From assembly GCA_046566045.1 (NCBI GenBank), contig JBKHXL010000003.1, positions 19,740-83,739 of the forward strand: a stretch of DNA of 64,000 nt. Direction: 5' to 3'. The position numbers and the translations under genes were made by a program. Positions within the stretch are counted from its first letter, which is position 1, and each line of letters begins with the position of its first letter. Origin of the DNA: Candidatus Limnocylindria bacterium (lineage in GTDB: Bacteria > Chloroflexota > Limnocylindria > Limnocylindrales > CSP1-4). Positions 35,100-46,272 of the stretch are shown one piece after another. A model generated the notes under the pieces. That model did not search any database, was not told the origin of the DNA, and saw only the letters and a program-made list of their open reading frames with translations.

Positions 35100-36623
35100 A
35101 TGGCCGATCGCTCCGACAGCGCCGTGACCCGCGCCGCTCCAGCCGCTCCCAACAGCTGGGGCTTCGGCGACGGGCAGGCGATCCCGTGGGACTACGCCCC
35201 CGCCCCCGAGGCGCGCGACATCGTCACGCTCAAGCCGCGCTACGGGCTGTTCATCGGTGGGCGCTCGGTCCAGGCATCCGACGGGGCCACCTTCACCTCG
35301 ATCGACCCGTCGACCGAGCAGCCGCTGGCCGAGGTGGCCCGCGCGACCCCGGCCGACATCGACACGGCGGTCCGAGCCGCGCGTCGGGCGGCGCGACGAT
35401 CATGGGGCCAGCTGTCGGGCACCGAGCGGGCGAAGTACCTGTTCCGGATCAGCCGCATCCTGCAGGAGCGCTCGCGCGAGTTCGCCGTGCTCGAGTCGAT
35501 GGATTCCGGCAAGCCGATCAAGGAATCGCGCGACGTGGACGTGCCCCTGGCGGCCAGCCACTTCTGGTACTACGCGGGCTGGGCGGACAAGCTCGACTAC
35601 GCCTTCCCGGGACGTGTGGCGCGGCCGCTCGGCGTGGCGGCGCAGATCATCCCGTGGAACTTCCCGCTCCTGATGCTGGCCTGGAAGATCGCCCCTGCCC
35701 TGGCCGCCGGCAACACGGTCGTGCTCAAGCCGGCCTCGACCACCCCGCTCAGCGCGCTGCTCTTCGCCGACGTATGCGTCCAGGCCGACCTGCCGCCGGG
35801 CACGGTCAACATCGTCCCCGGGCCCGGCGAGACCGGCATGTCGCTGGTGACCCATCCCGGCGTGGACAAGGTCGCGTTCACTGGCTCGACCGAGATCGGA
35901 CGCAAGATCTACCGCGGCGTGGCCGGCACGGACAAGGCGCTGACCCTCGAGCTCGGCGGCAAGGCCGCCAACATCGTGTTCGACGACGCACCGCTCGACC
36001 AGGCCATCGAGGGCATCGTCAACGGCATCTATTTCAACCAGGGCGAGGTGTGCTGCGCCGGATCGCGCCTGCTCGTCCAGGAGTCCATCGCCGAGACGGT
36101 CATCCACAAGCTGAAGGACCGCCTGGCCACGATCCGGGTCGGCGATCCGCTCGACAAGAACACCGACGTCGGCGCCATCAACTCGAAGGCACAGCTGGAG
36201 AAGATCACGGAGCTCGTGCAGAGCGGCGTGGACGAGGGCGCCGAGCTGTACCAGCCGGCCTGCGATCTGCCCGAACGCGGCTACTTCTTCCGTCCGACCC
36301 TGTTCACCAACGTGGCCATGAGCCACCGCATCGCGGCGGAGGAGATCTTCGGGCCGGTCCTGTCGGTCCTCACCTTCCGCACGCCCGACGAGGCGGTCGA
36401 GAAGGCCAACAACACGCCCTACGGCCTGTCGGCGGGGATCTGGACCGACAAGGGCTCGCGCATCCTCGACATGGCCAGCCGGATGCGGGCCGGCGTGGTC
36501 TGGGCGAACACGTTCAACCGCTTCGACCCCACGTCCCCGTTCGGTGGCTACAAGGAATCGGGCTTCGGCCGCGAGGGCGGCCTGCACGGCCTGCACGCGT
36601 ACGTGCGCCTGGAGGATCGCTGA
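35100..36623 (+). CDS. NAD(P)-dependent aldehyde dehydrogenase
   Basis: FTGSTEIG, ELGGKAANIV and NQGEVCCAGSR (catalytic Cys). The ATG at 35100 lies 7 nt after CATAAT (35087-35092). An alternative ATG lies at 35091. Confidence 0.9.
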   Translation: MADRSDSAVTRAAPAAPNSWGFGDGQAIPWDYAPAPEARDIVTLKPRYGLFIGGRSVQASDGATFTSIDPSTEQPLAEVARATPADIDTAVRAARRAARRSWGQLSGTERAKYLFRISRILQERSREFAVLESMDSGKPIKESRDVDVPLAASHFWYYAGWADKLDYAFPGRVARPLGVAAQIIPWNFPLLMLAWKIAPALAAGNTVVLKPASTTPLSALLFADVCVQADLPPGTVNIVPGPGETGMSLVTHPGVDKVAFTGSTEIGRKIYRGVAGTDKALTLELGGKAANIVFDDAPLDQAIEGIVNGIYFNQGEVCCAGSRLLVQESIAETVIHKLKDRLATIRVGDPLDKNTDVGAINSKAQLEKITELVQSGVDEGAELYQPACDLPERGYFFRPTLFTNVAMSHRIAAEEIFGPVLSVLTFRTPDEAVEKANNTPYGLSAGIWTDKGSRILDMASRMRAGVVWANTFNRFDPTSPFGGYKESGFGREGGLHGLHAYVRLEDR

Positions 36624-37120
36624 TGACACAGCGCGGATTCGTGGTGCCGCCCGGGGGCGGACGGTCGGTCTGGTCGCTCGGTGGGCGGTTCACCGAGAAG
36701 CTCGGTGGGGACCTGGTCGACGGCCGCGTCGCGATCGTCGAGGTCCTGGCGACGCGTGCGGCCGAGCCCCCACGGCACATCCACCATCGTGAGGACGAGC
36801 TGTGGTACGTGCTCGATGGCCAGATGACCTTCCAGGTCGGCGATGTGACCGCCGTGGCGTCGGCCGGCGCGTTCGCCTTTGCCCCGAAGGGTGTCGCCCA
36901 TGCCTTCACGATCGACGTCGAGCCGACACGCGTGCTCGTCCTGGCGACGCCGAGCGGCTTCGAGCGCTTCGCGCTCGAGCTGGGGGTGCCTGCCGACGGT
37001 GACGAGATGCCGGCCGGGCTGGCGCTGCCCGGCCCGGAGATCCTCGGACCGGTCGCCGCCCGCTACGACATCGAGATCGTCGGGCCACCGATCCGCCTCG
37101 ATGGGGGACCAGCCTCGTGA
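36623..37120 (+). CDS. cupin domain protein
   Basis: PPRHIHHREDELWYVLDG ... GVAHAF cupin motifs. The ATG overlaps the ALDH stop (TGATG). Confidence 0.8.
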   Translation: MTQRGFVVPPGGGRSVWSLGGRFTEKLGGDLVDGRVAIVEVLATRAAEPPRHIHHREDELWYVLDGQMTFQVGDVTAVASAGAFAFAPKGVAHAFTIDVEPTRVLVLATPSGFERFALELGVPADGDEMPAGLALPGPEILGPVAARYDIEIVGPPIRLDGGPAS

Positions 37121-38007
37121 CGAACGAGCGCATCGAGGTGCGCAAGACCTACAAGCTGTACATCGGCGGGGCCTTCCCGCGCTCGGAGAGCGGCCGCTCG
37201 TACCTCGTGTCCGGAGCCGATGGGGCGCCCCTCGCGAATGCCTGCCGCGCCTCGCGCAAGGACCTGCGCGATGCGGTCCGCGCGGCCCGGGCGGCGCAGG
37301 GCGCGTGGGCCCGCAAGACCGCCATGCACCGCGGCCAGATCCTGTACCGCGTGGCCGAGCTCATGGAGGGCCGGCGCGAGCAGTTCAGCGCCGAGGTCGC
37401 CGCCGCCGAGGGGCTGTCCGCCGCGCGGTCGCGGACGGCCGTCGATCGGGCCATCGACCGCTGGGTCTGGTACGCCGGCTGGGCCGACAAGATCGCCCAG
37501 GTGCTGGGCTCCAGCAACCCGGTCGCCGCCCCCTACTTCAACTTCACCGTCCCGGAGCCGACGGGCGTCGTCGGCGTCGTCGCCCCCGAGACCTCGGCGC
37601 TGCTCGGGCTCGTCAGCCGCCTCGCACCGCCGCTCGTCAGCGGCAACACCGTGGTGCTCCTGGCGTCGGAGACACGCCCGCTCCCGGCGGTGACGCTGGC
37701 CGAGGTCCTGGCCACGTCCGACGTGCCGGGCGGCGTGGTCAACATCCTGACCGGGTACCGCACGGAGCTCGTGCCGGTCCTGGCCGGCCATGTCGACGTC
37801 GATGCGCTGGACACGTGGGGGGTCCCCGACGGGATGCGGGTGGACACGGAGTCGCTCGCGGCCGACGACATCAAGCGCCTGCTGCGCCGGCCGACGACGG
37901 TGCGCGAGTCCCGCTTCGACTGGCTCGACGACCGGGCCAGCGAACGCCCCGAATGGATCGCCGCCTTCCTCGAGATGAAGACGGTCTGGCACCCCATCGG
38001 GGTCTGA
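37117..38007 (+). CDS. aldehyde-dehydrogenase-like protein lacking the catalytic domain
   Basis: ALDH N-terminal/NAD-binding-type sequence (YKLYIGGAFPRSESG..., GGVVNILTG...LAGHVDVDALD). It ends about 60 aa later without ELGGK or a catalytic Cys. The only Cys is in NACRAS. Confidence 0.7.
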   Translation: MTNERIEVRKTYKLYIGGAFPRSESGRSYLVSGADGAPLANACRASRKDLRDAVRAARAAQGAWARKTAMHRGQILYRVAELMEGRREQFSAEVAAAEGLSAARSRTAVDRAIDRWVWYAGWADKIAQVLGSSNPVAAPYFNFTVPEPTGVVGVVAPETSALLGLVSRLAPPLVSGNTVVLLASETRPLPAVTLAEVLATSDVPGGVVNILTGYRTELVPVLAGHVDVDALDTWGVPDGMRVDTESLAADDIKRLLRRPTTVRESRFDWLDDRASERPEWIAAFLEMKTVWHPIGV

Positions 38008-38011
38008 CGAG

Positions 38012-38524
38012 GTGGCCGCGCGCCCGGACCCCGAGGTCGGGTATCGGCAGCCGGGTGACCATCGCCGTGCCGGCGCGGTGGTCGAGCGCCGCGTGTTCGT
38101 CCACGCGACGCCGCGCACGGTCTGGGCGACGCTCCACGATCCTTCCGGCCTGGAGGCCATCTTCCCCGAGCTCTCGTTCGGGCCGCCGGTGCCGTCGTGG
38201 CCGGCGGCGGGGACCACCCGGACCGGCCGGGCGCGGATCGGGCTGCTGCGCGAGGAGGCCCGCGCGGAGAGCCTGGAGGCCCGGCCCGACACGGCCTTTC
38301 GGCTCCGGGTCACGGGCTCCGGCTTCCACAGCGACTGGACGTGGCGACTGGAGCCGCTCGCCGGTGGGACGCGGATCCTCCACGCTGGCCTGCTGGAGCC
38401 GGCCGACCGCTGGGCGGGGGTGCTCGTCCGGCTGGGCCGGGCGACGGTCGAGGCTCGCGTCGAGGCCCACCTCCGGGCGCTCAAGGAACGCGCCGAGGCC
38501 GCCGAGCGGGCGGCCGGCCGGTGA
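38012..38524 (+). CDS. SRPBCC (START/Bet v1-like) family protein
   Basis: V.A....VWA.L.D......FPEL pattern and the size typical of polyketide cyclase/dehydrase-like SRPBCC proteins. Confidence 0.7.
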   Translation: MAARPDPEVGYRQPGDHRRAGAVVERRVFVHATPRTVWATLHDPSGLEAIFPELSFGPPVPSWPAAGTTRTGRARIGLLREEARAESLEARPDTAFRLRVTGSGFHSDWTWRLEPLAGGTRILHAGLLEPADRWAGVLVRLGRATVEARVEAHLRALKERAEAAERAAGR

Positions 38525-39732
38525 CCGGACCGGCGGCGACCGGTCCGTCGGCCGGGGCTGTCCCGTTCGGGGGGTTGCGCCGCAACGCCCGGGCCCTGGC
38601 CGGCGGGGCCGCGCTGCTCGCGCTCGTCTTCCTGGTCGTGCCGGACATCGCGCCCGCGCCGGGTGGCGAGGTGCCGGTCACGCTCGTCCGGGGGCGGATC
38701 GTGGAGCTCCTGGATCCGGGAGACCTGGACCCGGGCGCGCCCGACGCCCGGGTCCTGGTGATCCAGGGGACGGCCGGCGGTCCGGCCGCCGGCGACGAGC
38801 TCGAGGCCTTCCTCCAGGGCCCGACCGGGCTGGAGGCTCGCCCCGACTTCGATGTCGGCGACGAGGTGATCGTCAACATCTCCACCAACCCCGACGCGCC
38901 GTTCGTGGCCATCAACGATCGCTACCGGATCCCGACCCTGGCCCTCCTGCTCGGCGTCTTCGCGGCGGCCGTCACCGTCGTCGGGGGCTGGCGCGGCGTG
39001 CGTTCGCTGCTCGCCCTGGCGCTGACCCTGGGCGTGATCATCAAGGTCGTCGTGCCGCTCATCCTGGCCGGCTGGGACCCGGCCTGGGTGGCCATCGGCG
39101 CGGCGTCGAGCGTCACCGTCGCGACCTTCCTGCTGACCGAGGGGGCGAAGCGGCAGACCGCCGCCGCTGCCGTCGGCACGTTCCTGTCACTGACCCTCGT
39201 CGCGGTGCTGGCCATCGCCTTCGACACGCTGGCCCGCTTCACGCCGCTGCGCGGCTCGGAGTCGGCAGGCTTCCTCATCTCACTGGGCGGCACGGAGCTG
39301 GACCTCGGCGGGCTCGTGCTGGCCGCCGTGATCTTCGGCGCCCTGGGCGTGCTTGACGACGTGACGATCACCCAGGCCGCGACGGTCCGGGAGCTGCACG
39401 ATGCGGATCCCCGGATGGGCGGCTGGGCCCTGGCCGGACGAGCCATGAACGTGGGCCGCTCGCACATCGCCGCCACCGTCAATACCCTCGTGCTGGCCTA
39501 CGTCGGCGCGTCGCTGCCGCTCATCGTGCTGTTCGCCGCCGGCCAGCAGGACCCACTGCTCATCGTGTCGGGTGAAGTGATGGCCGTGGAGGTGGTGCGC
39601 GCCCTCGTCGGCAGCATCGGGATCGTGGCAGCGGTGCCACTGACCACGGCGATCGCGGTCGCCCTGATCGGCCGCCGGCTCCCGTTCGCGGGGGAGGGCA
39701 CGGCGTCGACGCGGGCGCCGGGCTGGGACTGA
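38521..39732 (+). CDS. YibE/F family membrane protein
   Basis: N-terminal TM helix, an extracytoplasmic beta-rich segment, then about seven TM helices with the ALGVLDDVTITQA motif. GTGA overlap with the SRPBCC gene. Confidence 0.8.
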   Translation: MTGPAATGPSAGAVPFGGLRRNARALAGGAALLALVFLVVPDIAPAPGGEVPVTLVRGRIVELLDPGDLDPGAPDARVLVIQGTAGGPAAGDELEAFLQGPTGLEARPDFDVGDEVIVNISTNPDAPFVAINDRYRIPTLALLLGVFAAAVTVVGGWRGVRSLLALALTLGVIIKVVVPLILAGWDPAWVAIGAASSVTVATFLLTEGAKRQTAAAAVGTFLSLTLVAVLAIAFDTLARFTPLRGSESAGFLISLGGTELDLGGLVLAAVIFGALGVLDDVTITQAATVRELHDADPRMGGWALAGRAMNVGRSHIAATVNTLVLAYVGASLPLIVLFAAGQQDPLLIVSGEVMAVEVVRALVGSIGIVAAVPLTTAIAVALIGRRLPFAGEGTASTRAPGWD

Positions 39733-39742
39733 CCGCGCGACG

Positions 39743-40102
39743 GTGGCCGTCGCGGTCGTCTCCCAGGGTGGGGACGTCGCCGGACCGGTCATCGGCTCGG
39801 CGATGCTGGGGTTGGCCGCGTCCGGGCTCGCCGGCCTGGGCCTCGCGGTCGGCGGCCTGGTCCGACCGACCCTCGCCGCCCCGGTCGCCGGGCTTGCCGT
39901 CATCGGCACGTTCGTCCTGGACACGCTCGGTCAGGCCCTCGACCTGCCCGAGGCCGTCCTGGACCTGTCCCTGTACCGGCACCTCGGCCAGCCGATGGCC
40001 GGTCAGTACGACGTCGTCGGGGTCATCGCCGCGGGCGTCCTCGCCATCGGCGGCCTGGCGCTCGGTGCGTGGGGCATGCAGCGGCGGGACATCGGCAGGT
40101 AA
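39743..40102 (+). pseudogene. C-terminal fragment of an ABC-2 exporter permease
   Basis: The 119-aa ORF resembles only the last three TM helices of large ABC-2 permeases (LDLSLYRHLGQP... then a terminal TM and RRDIGR). No upstream remainder is present. Confidence 0.45.
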
Positions 40103-40111
40103 CGTCTGGGG

Positions 40112-41014
40112 GTGGACCCCGTCATCATCGGCCTGGTGGCCCTCAGCGCCGTCCTGCACGTCGCGTGGAACGTCAGGCTCAAGACCGCCGGCGACCCCCT
40201 CCGGGCCGCCACGGTGGGCATGCTCGCGGCGACCGTCGGGATCGTCCCGATCGGCGCCGCAGCGTGGCTCCTCGCCGGCGCACCGGCGATCCCGCCGGCG
40301 GGCGTCGTGCTGGGCGTGGTGTCCGGCATCGTCGAGGCTGCCTACTTCATCCTGCTGAGCGCGGCCTATCGACGCGGCGACCTGTCGGTCGTCTACCCGA
40401 TCGCGCGCGGAACGGCGCCGTTGCTGGCGGTCGCCGTGGGGGTCATCGTCCTCGGCGAGCGGCTGGGGGCGGCAGGCTCGCTGGGCGTCGGCTGCCTGCT
40501 GGCCGGGTTCCTGCTCCTCCAGCGACCGTGGCGAGCGCTCGCGGCTCGCCGCCGCGGAGCGGGGACGGGCGGCGTCATGGACCCGGCCATCGCCTTCGCC
40601 CTGGCCACCGGCGTGTCCATCGCCACCTACACCGCCCTGGACCGGGTCGGGACGCGACTCATCCAGCCGCTGCCATACGCGGCGATCCTGTGGGTGACGA
40701 CGTCGGTGGTGCTCGTGACCTGGGTACGCCTCGTGGCGCGCGGCGGCGGCCTGTTCATGGGTGGAGCGGCCGAGACGCGCCGCGCCGCCGTCGGCGGCTG
40801 GCTGACCCTGGGCGCCTATGTCCTCATCCTCGTCGCCCTCAGCGTCGCGCCCCTGAGCGGGGTGGCGCCGCTGCGCGAGGGCGCGACCGTGGTCGCGGCC
40901 GCCTGGGGGTCCATCCGCCTGGGCGAGGCGGTGACGCGCCGCGAGTCGGCGCGGCGCATCGGGGCCTCCGTGCTCATCGTGGCCGGCGCCTTGCTCATGG
41001 CCGTCGGCGGCTGA
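40112..41014 (+). CDS. DMT/EamA-like transporter
   Basis: About 10 TM helices in two similar halves. EamA-type Gly/Ala-rich helices. Confidence 0.7.
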   Translation: MDPVIIGLVALSAVLHVAWNVRLKTAGDPLRAATVGMLAATVGIVPIGAAAWLLAGAPAIPPAGVVLGVVSGIVEAAYFILLSAAYRRGDLSVVYPIARGTAPLLAVAVGVIVLGERLGAAGSLGVGCLLAGFLLLQRPWRALAARRRGAGTGGVMDPAIAFALATGVSIATYTALDRVGTRLIQPLPYAAILWVTTSVVLVTWVRLVARGGGLFMGGAAETRRAAVGGWLTLGAYVLILVALSVAPLSGVAPLREGATVVAAAWGSIRLGEAVTRRESARRIGASVLIVAGALLMAVGG

Positions 41015-41039
41015 CCCGGGCCGGGGTGCTGGACCGGGA

Positions 41040-41972
41040 TCAGACCGGCGTCACCTCGGCGGGCACCTCGCGCCCGAACACCCGCCGCCGACCCCAGCGG
41101 CCGTTGACCAGGGCCACACCGGCGATGACCAGGGCGGTGCCGATGAGGAGGCGAGCATCCACCGGCTCCTGCAGGAAGGCGTAGCCGAGGGCGATCCCCA
41201 CGATGGGCAGGAGGTACGCGACGAGCGTGGTGCGCGTCGCGCCCCAGGCCTTGAACAGGCGGAACACGAACAGGTAGGCCAGACCCGAGCCGAGGATGCC
41301 CAGCCACAGGATGGCGAACAGCGCCTGGAGGTCGGGGCGGGCCTCCCACGGCTGCTCCAGGGCGATCGCCAGGACCGTCGTGATGACGGCCGCGAAGGTC
41401 ACCTGGAAGACGGCCGGGATGATGGCCGGCAGTCCGCGCACGTTGCGCCGCGAGTAGACCGCGCCGGCCGCATAGCTGAACGTCGCGCCGAGGAGCGCCA
41501 GCTGGCCGATGAGCGGGGAGTCGTCCGTCCCGTCCAGGCCGCGACTGGTGATGATGACCACCCCCACGAACCCGATGAGCAGGCCGGCCACGCCGTTGAC
41601 CCGCATCGGCTCGTCGCGCAGGAAGATCGCCGACAGGACGATGGCGAAGAGCGGCACGGGCGAGGTCAGGATGGCGGCCAGCGACGAATCGACCGTCTGC
41701 TCGGCCCAGGTGATGAGCCCGAACGGGATGACGATGTTGATGACCGCCATCACCACGAGATGGCCGTACACCAGGCGATCGCGGGGGATGGGCGTCCCCG
41801 TGATGCGCAGGGCGATCCACAGGAACAGGCCGCCGACGAGGAGCCGACCGGCGACCAGGGTGAACGTACCGAAGTCGTCCACGGCGAGCTTGATGAACAG
41901 GTAGCTCGATCCCCACATGAAGCCCAGGGCCAGGAAGATGAGCCACTCGACCCGGGTCGCTCGCTCGGTCAT
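41040..41972 (-). CDS. EamA family (DMT) transporter
   Basis: FLALGFMWGSSYLFIKLAV start and 10 TM helices in two EamA repeats. Confidence 0.85.
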   Translation of the reverse strand: MTERATRVEWLIFLALGFMWGSSYLFIKLAVDDFGTFTLVAGRLLVGGLFLWIALRITGTPIPRDRLVYGHLVVMAVINIVIPFGLITWAEQTVDSSLAAILTSPVPLFAIVLSAIFLRDEPMRVNGVAGLLIGFVGVVIITSRGLDGTDDSPLIGQLALLGATFSYAAGAVYSRRNVRGLPAIIPAVFQVTFAAVITTVLAIALEQPWEARPDLQALFAILWLGILGSGLAYLFVFRLFKAWGATRTTLVAYLLPIVGIALGYAFLQEPVDARLLIGTALVIAGVALVNGRWGRRRVFGREVPAEVTPV

Positions 41973-42096
41973 CGGCGGAGTGTATCGAGGGACGGCGTCG
42001 CGCGATCGGTCGGGTCGCCTCGGTCGCCGGGCGTGTCGATGGTCATGCCCCTGGAACCCGCCGGACGGGCCGTCCGTTGCGTCGACGCGGGCCGCG

Positions 42097-42885
42097 TCAT
42101 CGCCAGCGGGTGAGGATCGCCTCCCGGTCGAACAGGCGGACCCCGATGCGCAGGCCGATGAGCGCCACCACCAGGATGATCGCCGCCAGCAGCACGTAGC
42201 CCGAGGCCCCGACGAGGACCGTGCCGGTGGCCTGGACCAGCACCACGCCGATGATCGGCACGATGATGACGCCGCCGATCTGCTGGGCCACGCGCGGGTC
42301 GTTGACCCGGGCGCTGACGATGACCCCGGCCACCACCGAGGACAGCCCGACAGCGGGCCCGAGCAGCAGGACGCCGGCCAGCCACGACTCGTCGGTCACG
42401 ACGCCGAACAGGTTCGGGCCGTACACGGCTGAGGCGAGCAGGACGAACATGGCGTACGTCACCAGTCCGGCCAGGACGCCCGGGGCGAGGGCGGCGATGG
42501 CCTTGCCGGCGAGCAGCTCGATGGTCCGGATCGGCGCGGCGAGGACCGGCTCGAGCGATCGCGCCTGCTTCTCGCCGATGATGCTGAAGGTCGCGATCGA
42601 CAGCGGGATGTAGGCGGGCATGAGCAGGAAGAAGACCAGGAACTGCTGGACCGCGAAGGCGCCGGCCAGCTCGCCCGGGCTGAACGCGCGCCACTCCGGT
42701 CGCTGTTCGAGGATCTGCTCCACCAGCTCCGGCGGCAGGGCCCGCTCGCCGACCATCGCGCCAAGCAGGATCGGCGCCGCCGTCAGCAGCAGCGGGGGCA
42801 CCAGGATGGTCGCCACGAGCAGGCGATTGCGGACCATCTCCGCCCACTCCCGGCGGAGCAGCGTGGCCAGGATCGCGGCGCGCAT
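42097..42885 (-). CDS. ABC-2 type exporter permease
   Basis: Six-TM protein beginning LLRREWAEMVRNRLL. Its ATG overlaps the stop of the upstream ATPase (TGATG). Confidence 0.8.
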   Translation of the reverse strand: MRAAILATLLRREWAEMVRNRLLVATILVPPLLLTAAPILLGAMVGERALPPELVEQILEQRPEWRAFSPGELAGAFAVQQFLVFFLLMPAYIPLSIATFSIIGEKQARSLEPVLAAPIRTIELLAGKAIAALAPGVLAGLVTYAMFVLLASAVYGPNLFGVVTDESWLAGVLLLGPAVGLSSVVAGVIVSARVNDPRVAQQIGGVIIVPIIGVVLVQATGTVLVGASGYVLLAAIILVVALIGLRIGVRLFDREAILTRWR

Positions 42886-43847
42886 CAGGTCGCCGTCCCG
42901 CCGGCGCCCGGGCGGACGCCCATGACCTCGAAGTAGATCGACTCGAGCGTGTGCTGCTCGACCCGGACCTCGACCACGTCGGCGCCGGCGCCCACCAGGG
43001 CGCGCACGACGCCGGGGGCGACCGCCGCCGGCTCGGGTGCCTCGACGGCCAGCAGGCCGTCCGTGGCGGCCACGGAGACGACACCCGGCACGGCCGACGC
43101 GACGTCGGCAAGGCCGGGCGCCACGGGAGCGGCGAGGCGGACCGTGAGGCGGCCCGGCCCGTGGGCACCGCGCAGGCGGGCCGGGGAATCGACCCGCACC
43201 AGGCCGCCGCGCACGAAGGCGATCCGGTCGCACAGCCGGTCCGCCTCGTCGAGGTTGTGCGTCGCCAGGACGATCGTCCGGCCACCCCGCCGCAGGGCCT
43301 CGATCGCCTCGCGCACGACGAACGCCGCCTCGGGGTCGAGGGCCGCCGTCGGCTCGTCGAGGAATACCACCGCGGGGTCGTGCAGGAGGGCCCGGGCGAT
43401 GGCCAGCTTCTGCTTCATGCCCTTGCTGAAGGTGCCGGCCACGTCGCCCCGCCGCTCCCACAGCCCGAACAGGCGCAGGTAGCGCTCGATCCCCTCCGAG
43501 CGCACGTCGGCCGGCAGGCCGTACAGCCGGCCGAAGAAGTCGAGGTTGGCCGTCGCCGACAGCTTGTCGTACAGGCCCGGGGTTTCGGTCAGGATCCCGA
43601 CCCGGGCCCGCACGTCGTCGGCGCGCGTCCGGACGTCCAGGCCGTCGATCGTCGCCGAGCCCTCGCTCGGCTCGATGAGGGCGGTCAGCAGCCGGACCGT
43701 GGTGGTCTTGCCGGCGCCGTTCGGACCGAGCAGGCCGAGCACCTCGCCGCGGTGGACCTCGAGGTCCATGTCGCGCACGGCCCAGTGCTCGCCGAATCGT
43801 CGGCCCAGCCCGACGGCGCGCAGGGCGGGTGTGGCGTCAGCGGACAT
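42885..43847 (-). CDS. ABC transporter ATP-binding protein
   Basis: GPNGAGKTTT, FSKGMKQKL and VFLDEPTAALD. ATG at 43847. Confidence 0.9.
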   Translation of the reverse strand: MSADATPALRAVGLGRRFGEHWAVRDMDLEVHRGEVLGLLGPNGAGKTTTVRLLTALIEPSEGSATIDGLDVRTRADDVRARVGILTETPGLYDKLSATANLDFFGRLYGLPADVRSEGIERYLRLFGLWERRGDVAGTFSKGMKQKLAIARALLHDPAVVFLDEPTAALDPEAAFVVREAIEALRRGGRTIVLATHNLDEADRLCDRIAFVRGGLVRVDSPARLRGAHGPGRLTVRLAAPVAPGLADVASAVPGVVSVAATDGLLAVEAPEPAAVAPGVVRALVGAGADVVEVRVEQHTLESIYFEVMGVRPGAGGTAT

Positions 43848-43900
43848 GGGTCGAAGTCTGCACGACGCGGGCCGAGGCTGCGCCGCGTACCCTTGCGCCG

Positions 43901-45075
<1,175 letters not shown>

Positions 45076-45079
<4 letters not shown>

Positions 45080-46272
45080 TCGCCCTGCGCGTCCTCGTCA
45101 CCGCGCTCGGCGTCGCGCTCGGCGTCCTGTACCCGTTCGTGTCGGTGATCCTGGCCGACTTCGGGTTCTCGCCCGGTGAGATCGGGCTGATCTCGTCGCT
45201 CGGGGCGGTCGGCTTCACGGTGGCCGTGCCGGCCTGGGGTCACCTGGCTGACGTCCATCTCGGGCGGCCGCGCACCCTGCAGCTGTGCGCCATCGCGGGT
45301 GGCGCCGCGATGCTGGCCCTGCTGCTGCCGCTGCCGCCGCTGCTCATCGTCACGTTGTTCCTGCTGTTCTGGATCTTCGAGTCGCCGTGGCAGCCGCTGG
45401 CCGACGCCATCACGGTCAACGCCCTGCGCGGCCGCGACTACGCCAGGGTCCGCCTGTTCACGAGCCTGGGGTTCGCCGTCGCGGCGGTCCTCGCAGGCCA
45501 GGTCTACGATCGGACCGGGTACGGCGCGGCGTTCGCCCTGTTCGCTCTCGCGGCGCTGGTGATGACCGTGGCCGCCGCCTCGCTTCCGGACGTCGCCAGG
45601 GCCGACCTCGACGCCCATCGACGGGCGACCCCGGCGCGCCGGGGTCGCACGTTCAGCTTCGGCTCGAGCGGCGTCGCCATGCGCGTCGCGCCGCGCCTCG
45701 GCATGGTCCTGCTGGCCAGTGGCTTCGTGCATGTCGGGATCATCAGCGGCTTCACCTTCCTGTCCCTGCGCATCGAGGCGCTCGGCGGGAGCCCGGGTGA
45801 CATCGCCCTCGCGTCGGGGATCTCGGCCGCGACCGAGGTGCCAGCCATGCTCGTTCTCGGCGGTGTAGCCGCCCGGGTCGGGCTCCGCGCGGTGTTCTCG
45901 GCGAGTGCGCTGCTGTACGCCATCAGCCTGGCCTCGTGGATGGTCATCGACATCCCGCTCGCCATCGTCGCGACGCGGATCGTGACGGGCGTCGCGTTCT
46001 CGGGCGTGGTGGTCGGGGTCGTGATGACGATCGCGGTCCTGCTCCCGGCCGAGCTCCAGGCCACCGGCCAGGCGCTCTTCCAGACGACGGCGTTCGGCAT
46101 CGCGGCGATCGTGGCCAACGTGGCTGGCGGGCTGCTGTACGAGGGCGTTGGCCACGCGGCGCTGTTCGGGGTCGGTGCCGCCATGGCGCTGGCCGCAGCG
46201 GTCGTCGGCTGGCTGGCGTTCCCGCACGCGGCCTCGCGGCGCCCATCGCCCGTGCGAGCATCGTCGGCATGA
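45076..46272 (+). CDS. MFS transporter (sugar/oligosaccharide symporter-like)
   Basis: 12 predicted TM helices. Overlaps the galK stop and the GH36 start (ATGA). Confidence 0.8.
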
